DNA of 64,000 nt, taken from Geosiphon pyriformis uo1. Its lineage: Eukaryota > Fungi > Glomeromycota. The notes under the pieces were generated by a model, which did no database searches, was not told the origin of the DNA, and saw only the letters and a list, made by a program, of their open reading frames with translations. The position numbers and the translations under genes were made by a program. This document shows positions 53,801 to 64,000 of the stretch, in pieces (within the stretch, counting starts at the first letter, position 1; each line of letters starts with the position of its first letter). The DNA is taken from positions 516,273-580,272 of the forward strand of contig JAAOMT010000046.1 of NCBI GenBank assembly GCA_016748015.1, in the 5' to 3' direction.

Positions 53801-55299
53801 TATACCAATGCCAAAGTTAATAGTCATTTTATCAAGCTCATTCTTGATAGTAAGTTAGCCAATAGCATTATTACATGACAATTCATAGACCAATTAGGTC
53901 ACTGAATTGATCACACTGCCAGTGCTAAGATTATCATGGCTGATGGAGCCACAAAAACTTCTATCAGCAAAATTGATAACTTTTTCTTTGAAGTCAATAA
54001 TATTACTATATTAATTAAAGTCCTAGTAATAGAAGCCATTTAGTACCAAGCTCTTGTTAGTAATGACTAACTAGTTAAAACCAATGCTGTACTTAATTGG
54101 ATGACACAAGAACTCCAGCTCAGCCAGAATAGTTACCATACACGAATATCAGCAATCTGCAGACATTTCAAGCCAACTATTGCACAACTACTAATTATGT
54201 TCAAAGAAGAAAAGGAAAAACCCACCTGGGAAACTTACCAAGTTTCCTGAGCTGATAAAAACCACAACAAACTACCACTGATTTGGACTTGGGAAAAGAA
54301 AAAAAAAGAGAAAAAAAAAGAAGATAAAAGCATACAAGCTACTACCTCTACATATATTCCATACTCAGCACTTCAACCACAGGCCAATTACCACTGACCC
54401 AAACTAATATGTATTGATTGTGGCAAGAAATTGTCATCAATGAGCACATGCTGTGATGACAATAAAGAATGGCCAATGGCAACCAAGTTCTATTGTCACT
54501 CATACATACTCAAACACTTTGGCTGACCAAAAAGACAAGAAAAATGAGATAATAAGCCATGTCTCACTTGTGGAATGACTCTTCTAGACAAAGAAATGTG
54601 AAATAACATTCCTGGATGAAAAAAAACATGTGACAAATTGTGTCAATATACAATTCTAATCAGTGACTGGATTAGAAAAGAAACACCAATAGAAGCCATC
54701 TGGAAAAAAGTCATAAAATGTCTGGATGGTTGTCCATATGATGACAACAACAAAATCTGGTAAATAACATCGCCAAAATCGAAGAAACATTACCAGAAGA
54801 AATAAAAATAATTAAAAACAACCCACTAGAACTTATAAAACTTGACTAAAGCCCAAATCCAAATATTATCTTAGAGTCTATGGACCCAAAACAGTTTCAC
54901 AAACATTACCAAGAATTAACACCCACTAGAGAAAAACAAGAACAGCACTTGAAGCAGTTGAATGCTCGACTATGTTAACACTGCTAATTCCCTGTAACTT
55001 TCAATATTGTAATAAGTGTGATCTCATTTACAATCTACTACTCTACATGATTTACATGATTCCAGAGGAAGATGAATTAATTAGCAATTGTGCATCAGAA
55101 TTGGGATTACAGTTCAAGTCTGATTCAAACTCTAACAACAATGACAATGATAACAACAGCTTTAGCTCTGTTCAAGATAGCAATATAAATAACAATGATT
55201 TAGACTCTAATTCAAACCCAGAACAATATATCACACTTCTTGACCTTACTAAAGAGCAAGAACTTAAATGGTTTAGTGATAATAATGAAGATATTATGC

Positions 55300-55690
55300 C
55301 AGAATGTGTACACAATACTGATGCAGAATTTGATTTGAGATATTCAGAAAAAGAAGCCATCAAATTGGAATCACATTTATGCATCTGCATTGATCTTAAA
55401 ATAGTCTAAAAATTTTAGCAACAACAATAGTACAATTAGCATCTAGAAATAGTTTAGTAAAAAAAAAATTCAACATAAGAAAAAAAATAATTGACATGAG
55501 ATATGTAGGAAATATTATTGCAATATTACAGAATGACTCAGAAAAGGCTTATATCATAGAGCCAAACAAAAAAATAGCACAGAAAATATTCCTGCCTCTA
55601 GTTAAAATAGCTCAATTAGTATCAATAGAAAACAGAAAAGAATTAGGGATTACAGTTAAAGAGATACAGGGATTCAGATCCACAGATAGA
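55300..55690 (+). pseudogene. dut: dUTPase domain in Gypsy-B
   Basis: DAEFDL, ASRNSL, IIDMRYVGNI, KIAQ, IQGFRST. Confidence 0.85.
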
Positions 55691-58600
55691 ATAGATATAC
55701 CAGTTAACATGACAGAGAAAGAAGTTATTGACAAGAGAGAAATTATCTCCATCTGTTAATCAATTTCTATTTTACTATATAACCAATACATATTAGCCAT
55801 AGAAAAGAAAGAAAAGAATCAAGCTCAAATTTTTGAAGCAAAAACTACAATTTGTAAATCAGAAAAGATTGGACTTATTAATCTCTACATACCAGCCAAA
55901 AGCTCAAAATACATAAAAATTTTCATTTATAATACAACTGGAAATGTTTTCGAAATACCAAAAGGAACCACCATTGGATATCTAAGCACTAAAATTGAAA
56001 ACCAACTGCCAAACACCATTTTAGACTTTCCACAACTATGTGGATATGTGGATATCACATCACAAACAATATATAGACAAAAAGAATGTTATCTGTTCCA
56101 ACCAAAACAATTGGAATAGATAAACTTGGGAAATTTAAATCTACTACAATATATACAGCTTAAAATATTATTAAATAACTTCAATAATATTTTTGTCAGT
56201 AACAAATTTGGCAGAACTAATATTATCCAACATCAGATCAAAACTGGAGATGCAATACCAATCAAACAAAAAACATACTGAGTGCCACCAGTAAGCCATA
56301 AAATCATCCAACAAGAAATTAACTGAATGTTGGACAATAAGTTAATTCAATCATCAATGAGTCCATGGTCATTACCAGTGATATTAGTCTGTAAGAAGAA
56401 TAGAAAAATCTGCTTTTGTGTAGATTACTGGAAACTTAATAGAGTAACTAAGGGAGATAGCTATTCAACTCCAAAGATCCAAGAACTTTTCAATGCTTTT
56501 GAAGGAAAGAAATAGTTCTCAACTTTAGACTTAAACAGTAGTTACTGGCAAGTAGCCATGAAATTAGAAGATAAGGAAAAAACAGCTTTTACAACCTGAG
56601 AAAGAGATTTTGAGTTTGAAGTAATGCCATTTGGTTTGATGAATGCTTCAGCAACATTCCAATGACTCATAGAAATTGTTTATACTGGACTGTTATAAAA
56701 ATCAGTAGTTGTGTATTTGAATAATATTAATGTGTTCTCAAAAACATTTGATAACCATCTTTATCATTTACAGCAAGTATTCAAGAGATTAAGAAGAGCA
56801 GGACTAAAGCTAAATGCCAACAAATGTTTTTTTGGAAAAATAAAAATAAAATTTTTGGAACATGTTATAAGCAAAAATGGTATTAAAACAGATTTAAATA
56901 AGATTGAGATTGTTAAGAACTTTTCAGTACCAAATAATATCACTGAATTAAGAGCATTTTTGGGATTTGCTGGATACTACTGCCACTTTATCAAAGACTT
57001 TTCCAAAATAGCTCAACCACTACACCAAACAAAGAACACTAAATATAAATAAACTGAAACCCAACAAAAAACATTTAATACACTGAAAAAAAAACTTATT
57101 CAAGCCCTAATATTAATTTACCCAGATCATAACAAATCATTCATTACTACTACTGATGCATCTGATTAAACATTAGGAGCTGTATTATCTCAGAAAAGAT
57201 TGGATAGATGAAAAAAACTATAGAACTTCAGCACTAGAACACTTAGCAATCTACTGAGCAGTCATGAAATGGAAAAAATACTTGAGTCAAAAGTTTAATG
57301 TGTACACTGATTATAAAAGATTAACTTCAATCCAGAAACAAGAATTTGGAAATGACCATTATGTTAGATGGAAAATAGAACTTTCACTATTTAATTATAC
57401 AGTATATTACAAAAAGAGAAAAAAAAACAGAAATGCTGATGGTTTGTTGCAAACGAGACAAATTTAAGAACATTTTAACCCAAAAATATAACAAAAGATG
57501 AATATTTAAAAATATCAACAACTCCAACACTATATTAATACTCAGCAGTTCAAGAAAAAATTATCTCCAAAAGAACAAAGTCATATCAAACAACAATCCA
57601 AATATTTTATTACTTATCAAGATATATTTTATCGGAAAAACAAAAAGAATCCAGATCAACCAACCAGAGTAATCACAGAACCAGAAAAAAAAACAATATT
57701 ATTCAACATATATTCTGATCCAACAGCAGAACATTTTCACAAAAAAGCAATCATAAAAAAAATCAAAAAAAGATACTACTGGCTATCTATGTATTTGAAT
57801 ATTATTTAATACATTCAAAATTGTGATGCTTGTCAAAGAAAAGAAGGAACAAAGCCCAGTAAACCATTAAAACCAATCAAAGTGGGACAATTATTTAACC
57901 ATATTGGAATTGACTTAGTCAGACCATTAACAATAACCAGTAAAAGAAACAAATATATCACAGTAGTCATGAATTATCTTACTAAGTGGCCAAAAGCAAA
58001 AGTTATTCAAAAAGCAAATACAGAATTTGTTGCCAAATTTGTTTATTAAGATTTAATTTGTTGACACAGATGCCTAAAAGAACTACTATTAGATCAAGGA
58101 ACTTATTTCATAAACAGAACACTAGTAGAATTAAGTCAAAGATTTAGAATCAAAAAACTATTATTATTACTATATCATTTACAAACAAATGAGTTAGTTG
58201 AAAGATTTAACAAAACATTGTGTGAAGCAATTGCCAAAATCAGCCAAGAAAACCAGGACAAATAGGATTTGTTTATATCATTAGTATTATTTGCTTATTA
58301 GACAATAAAACAAGATACTGCACAAGCAATACTATTTGAATTAATATACAATAGAACAGCAACAATACCAGTGGAGATAGAAATCAGTATGTATCTAACT
58401 AAACCAATAACAAAAGATAATTTCTAAGAAACATTGTTGAGAAAAACATACAACTTAATAGAAACACTAGAAAACAAACAATGAAAAGCAGCTAATAACA
58501 TCCAAAAGTTACAAGAAAAACAAAAAGAAAGACATAATAACCAATTACCAAATAAACCAGTTGAATTCAAGATTAAAAACAAAGTACTTCTATATTATAC

Positions 58601-58932
58601 TAAAGTAAAAAAACAATGGAGCAAAAAATTCAATCCCAAATGAAACAGACCATTTCACATAGAAAAAATTCTTGAAAATAGAGCTTATAAATTAAGATAA
58701 GACAACAAAATTTTAGCCAAAGCAGCACATGGTGATTGACTGAAACCATATCACTATATAGTATTATTATCTATCAGTAACATTTTACAATTAGGAGTAC
58801 AAAGAATGGTAGTCTAATCAGATAAGATCTTATGAAATCTAGAACCAATAATTATTATTGACACTAACACATTAAATTGAGCAACTAAAAAAATATAAAA
58901 ACAGAGTAGACATGACAAAAAACATTAGAAAA

Positions 58933-59561
58933 ATGGAAATTACTAATGACATTTACTTACTAGCACAACAACTTTTTCAACTGATTCAATAACAAGAGAT
59001 GGAAATTACAATTAATCAACAAACCATCAGATACAAAAACATCAGAAAGGGACCATAAGATAAAGTACAGAGAAAAACAGAAAACACAATTAACAAAATA
59101 ATTACAAAGATGAAATTGGCAATAGAAGCACAACCAAAAATTACCCAATATCAAGAGTTAACAATAGAAACATAGAATTAGTATACACAGCAATTTCCAA
59201 GAAACTTTTGCTATTTTTACTTGGAACAACATTTGAATATCCAAAACTTATATATAGATAAGACAAAATAATTATTTGATCTAGAAATATTACAACAACT
59301 TGAGCAATTTGTAGAAAAAAACAATCTAACTATACAAGCATGAGCTATCTATCAATTACAAGCTGGATTTCAAGACTAACCAAAAATTCTACTCAATCCA
59401 GCAATAGACTCTATTACCATTAACCAAATGAGAAAAATAACCAATACTTAATTTGAAAAAATACAGAACAAGATAACACAAGTAATTCTTAAGAAAAAAG
59501 TTCAAAAAATACTCAAAAATGGAGAATTAGAATTAAGAGATTTCGATAAAGCTCAATATTA
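58933..59561 (+). pseudogene. Extra ORF (ORF3) between integrase and 3' LTR of Gypsy-B
   Basis: Single frame MEITND…CYFYLEQHL…QA*AIYQL…ILLNPAIDSITINQMRKIT…, with most stops explicable by C>T. Confidence 0.55.
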
Positions 59562-60203
59562 AAAGGAGGAAATAATATTACTCATAGAATATAGGAAGTA
59601 TATTAATATATAAATTAGCCAATTAAAGATAAACATAGTAAATATGAAATTCCAAAATTTCTTTCAGAAGAATTGTAGGATTCCAAAAATTTCAGGATTC
59701 TTATATGAAGAATTACAGAATTCCTCTCAAAGGAATTGCAGAATTCTTGGTATAAAGAATTGAGGAATTGAAGAATTACAATTATGTATATATAGCAGTA
59801 GTATTAGAAGTAGAAAAGACAGACCTCTTAATTTAGATTTAATCTAAACAAACTTCTAATTCATCAATATTAATAAATAATTATTTTTTATCTTAATCTA
59901 CTCTTCACTATTAACACTTTATGTTAATAGTGACCAATACTTAACTATACTGGAACAATAGCTCTTGATCATGGCTATTGATGGAATACTAACTTGCAAA
60001 TTGCTTTGGCTTAATTTCTTTATCTTTTCTTTATCTCTTTTATTTTCTTTTCTTTATTTTGTTGTGATTATTAATTGATTGAGAATTAAGTGCTAAATTA
60101 TTGATGTTACAAATAGCTTGATAAAAAATCTGAATGAAAGGTAATATTATATAGATATTAATGGATAGCTTACCAGAAGGGCATGACTGCCAGAATAAAC
60201 TGG

Positions 60204-61177
60204 TGTTACCAGTAGAATTTTAGCTATTAATTAGCATGAAATTACCCTTATAATTCCTATTATTAATTAGCATACATTAATATTAAGTTGATTATCACTT
60301 ATTATTTAATCAAAATATCAAATATCATTACTCAATCAATAATCCAATTTGTATTCTAGAAATTAAGATGATCAAATTACACAATACCCTGAACCTTTTA
60401 ACATAGTCAAAATTTGCCGAAATTAATGAAAATTCGCCAAAATAATCAATAGTTCAGTGAAATAACTTGTAAATTCACCAAAATGTATCTTTAGTTTACC
60501 TAAATGGTAACAAAGAGAAAAGTGCAAGTTCAAAGACTAGTACTACAACAAGTTGTATAAAAAAAGAGCTTCTCTCTTCAAGAAAATGTATCTTCTCATA
60601 ATATCTTACCATAGTATCTTACTTTAGATATCTTAATTGAAACAAATTATCTTTTACAAAATTAAATAAAAATTAAATATTCGAAAACCAAATTCTTAAA
60701 TTATTACACTTGAAATTCCCTCAACACAACTAACGTTTTGAAATTGATTAGCTACCAATTTCAATAAACTGTTAGTAACTCCAGGCCTGGATAAAAAACG
60801 TTTCCCTTGATAAAATCCTATTTCTTTTATATTTCTTTTATTTTTCTTTTATTTTTCTTATTACAAATCATTAGGATAGCCTACAGACAAGATTCCTGTA
60901 GAAGAGTTGACTTTTACAGCAAAGTAACTACACATTTTTAGTAAGCTTCCAGATGAGCAATTCCTGAGAAAGAGTTGATGTTTACTACAATGTAACTACA
61001 CAAAGTAACTGACACAGAATTGGCCATTCCACTTATAAGCCCAGCAGTTCAAATTATAAGAAATAATTTGAAGATAAATTCAGTTATTGGAGGTCCAACT
61101 ACTTCCTAAAAACGTAAATTCACAGCAAATCAACATCAACAACATTTAAGAAAAGAGACCAAAAATCTCCAGTAATA
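60204..61177 (+). mobile_element. Solo LTR, Gypsy family A, inside the 3' LTR of Gypsy-B
   Basis: TGTTACCAG...CAGTAATA termini. TSD CTGG (60200-03 / 61178-81). Confidence 0.93.
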
Positions 61178-63438
61178 CTGGCCACTAAGCTGAAGAAAAA
61201 AATTGAGAAATCTATCACAAAAGACTTGCACACCATTGAATTTCTGTTCATTATACAAAGAATTCCATCTAAAATCTTCAGATATTATCAACTATCATTA
61301 AATCCATTAAGCATTAAGTTATGAGTTTGTTATTTGCTTTGAGATCTTAAATAATCACTTGTAACACCACCCAGAAAGGAAACTATAAATTCAATGTTAT
61401 GCCTTTTAAACTCTGCAATATACCAGCAACTTTCCAGTGACTTATGGATGTTGTATATAAAGAATTTTTATGACAATTAATAATTGTCTATCTTAATAAT
61501 ATTAATATATACTCACCAAGCTTTAAAGCTCATCTTATTCATTTGCAAGAAGTTTTTCAATAATTACAGAAAGCAGGATTGAAGTTAAACATTGAAAAAT
61601 GTTATTTTGGAAAAACAAATTTAATTTTTTTTAGATACATTATTAATAAAAATAGAGTCAAACCAAATCTTAGAACAATCAGTGCTGTTAAAAACTTTCA
61701 AACTCCCAAAAATACCACAGAACTACAAAAATTTTCAGAAATTGCCAAACCATTCAATTATCTTACCAACAAAAATGTGCCATACTAATGGACTAAAGAA
61801 CAACAGAAAGTCTTTGAAACTCTTAAAACAAAATTGACAACAGCTTCAGTTTTTGCTTATCCAAACTTCAACAAATAGTTCTAACTAGTTATTGATGTCT
61901 TACACATAGCATTTGGTGCTATCTTATTACAATTAAATGAAAATGGCCAGGAACAAGTTATTGTTTATGCCAGTAGAACACTTAAACTAACAAAACTCAA
62001 ATATGGCTCAACTGAATTAGAAGCTGCTGTAGTTATTTGGGCTTTCAAACACTTTCAACAATATCTGAAGAATAGAAAAGAATTTGATATTATAATTAAC
62101 AACATTGGTCTCAAATGGCTCAATAAAAAAAAAACTAAAAAAAGTGCCAAACAGTTTCAATAAAATGACTTCCTTACAGACTACAAATATATTGTACATC
62201 ACAAACCAAGAAAACTACACACCAATGTTGATAGTCTTTCAAAAATAAGACAAAATTAACACCAATAACAACTCCACTACAACTTACCAACCTATTAACA
62301 AAAATAACCAAACAACAATAGATTTTAGAAATTACAACAACATCAAAAACTATTTGAAAACTTTTACCATGTCAAAAAATTGGTCTTCAAGTGAAAAAAA
62401 TCAATTACAACATTAATTAAAACAATATTTTATACATCACAACAAAATTTATTATAAAAATTGCAAAAATCCAAACCAACTACTTAAATTAGTACAAGAA
62501 AATAAAAAAGAAACAATTTTATACAACATGTATACAGATTTTTTTTTAGCACACTTGGAAAGAAATAGAACAATTCAAAGAACTCTTGAATATTATTTTT
62601 GGCCATACATGCAAAAAAACATTTAACAATACATAGAATCTTGTAATAGTTGTTAAAAAAAAAAGGAAACTCATTCCATAAAACCTCTAAATCCAATCAA
62701 AATTGGACAACTTTTTGACAGAGTTGAAATTAACTTAGTCAGACCATTACCTATTACAACTTATGAAAATTGTTATATTGTAGTTGTAGTAGATTATTTC
62801 ACTAAATGGCTTGAAGCTAGAGCCATCCAAAGAGCAAATGCAAAATCAGTAGCAAATTTTATCTATGAAGACATTATTTGTAGACATGAATATCCAATTG
62901 AACTTTTATCTAATCAAGAAATAAATTTTGTAAGCAACTTAATACAAGAAATTTGTAAACAATTTAATGTCAAAAGACCTCTATTATCACCTTATCACCC
63001 TCAAACAAATGGACTTGTAGAATATTTTAACAGAACATTGTGTGAATTTTTAGCCAAAATCTTAACAGATTTTGAGCAGAAATGAGATATATTTATTTTA
63101 TTAGTATTACTAACTTACAGAACACTAAAACAAGATATTACAAAACACACACTATTTGATCTTACTTATAAAAAAACAGCAATATTACCAATTAATTTTA
63201 CAGTAGAAACATACTCAATACAACCAATCAATAAAGAAAACTTTCAAAAAACACTTCAAAGAAGAGCCTACACTTTTCTTAGTACACTAAAAGAAAAAAA
63301 ACAAATAGCAGCTATTCATATTAAACATGCTCAAGCTTAACAAAAAGAAAGGCATAATAACAAATTGCTACCAGTTACTAATGAATTTAAAGTTGGAAAT
63401 AAAGTTCTCTTATACAGAACTAAGATTAAAAAACAATA

Positions 63439-64000
63439 TGGTACAGATTATTTATAGTCATCAAACAATTTATATAATTTTAAATTGTATCTAGTCTTCC
63501 AATTTTAATAATATTAAAAAATTAAACCGTAAATATGATAGATTAAGTTCTTCTCTTTCACATTTACGGTTTAATTTTTTGAATTATAATATATTTTATA
63601 AAGTTATTAAAGTTTAAAATTAGCCACTTTTATTATTAATCTTTAATTTTCGGATGCCGATCAATCAGATTTTAGCCAATCAGCAATCATTAAAGTCACG
63701 TTACCACGTGATAAATCATCAAAGTATTATCATTTTCAGAAAGGCTTTCAATTAATATTAATCTAATCTTTAGATGGTCACTTTTTTATAAAGATATAGT
63801 ATCTCTCGGCCTGCGTGTCTTCTGCTGGTGACACGGCACCATTAACCATGAATATTCCATTCACACCACCACCATATTCGGTTGTCATTATTGGAACAGA
63901 AACTCAGATATCAATATTGTTCACACCAGGCGTCAAAGAAATCGTAAAAGTACTATGAGCGATTGTCGGAGAATTTGGGAATGTCATTTGCGCTCTATTT
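63439..64000. mobile_element. Non-autonomous TIR element copy 2 (runs off window), inserted at TA in the Gypsy-A integrase
   Basis: Collinear without net indel with 7836-8397. Begins TA|TGGTACAGATTATTTATAGTCATCAAA exactly where the integrase (RTKIKKQ) stops. Confidence 0.92.

Larger units (their letters stand above)
50578..61366 (+). mobile_element. Full-length Ty3/Gypsy family B copy 2, degenerate, nested in Gypsy-A RT
   Basis: 5' LTR 50578-51437, PBS TTTGGTGCTTT, PPT AAAAGGAGGAAA (59561-72), 3' LTR 59576-61366 (contains a solo LTR-A). TSD CTAC/CCAC, and the uninterrupted site in copy A1 reads CCAC. Order is gag, PR (LILDS), dUT, RT (VYLNN), RH, IN. Confidence 0.94.
44885..63438 (+). mobile_element. 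Gypsy family A copy 2 (5' LTR 44885-45857; gag-PR-dUT-RT to 50577; RT-RH-IN 61367-63438); 3' end not in window
   Basis: Collinear with copy 1. RT is split exactly at AFT|T by Gypsy-B, and the integrase is interrupted by the TIR element. Confidence 0.93.

Overview
Eukaryotic, AT-rich fungal DNA. The repeat families look like those of Glomeromycotina (Geosiphon-like), which is an inference from recalled protein similarity and not a search result. The first ~5.9 kb is CpG-retaining, gene-type sequence with one intact two-exon bZIP transcription-factor gene (minus strand, 1020-2242) and a long microsatellite-rich upstream region. The remaining ~58 kb is a CpG-depleted, transition-riddled block of nested, decayed transposons. 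It holds three RNase H-bearing LINEs, two related dUTPase-encoding Ty3/Gypsy families (A: one full-length, one running off the window and three solo LTRs; B: one full-length and one truncated) and a ~4.4 kb CAG...CTG DNA transposon. It also holds two copies of a 1255-bp TA-flanked TIR element carrying an intron-containing fragment of what looks like an RSC/polybromo (BAH-domain) chromatin-remodeller gene. The most notable observations are that Pack-type element, the Gypsy architecture (PR, Cys-rich domain, dUTPase, RT, RH, IN, extra 3' ORF, 4-bp TSDs centred on a YR step) and a RIP-like CpG/CpA transition signature.
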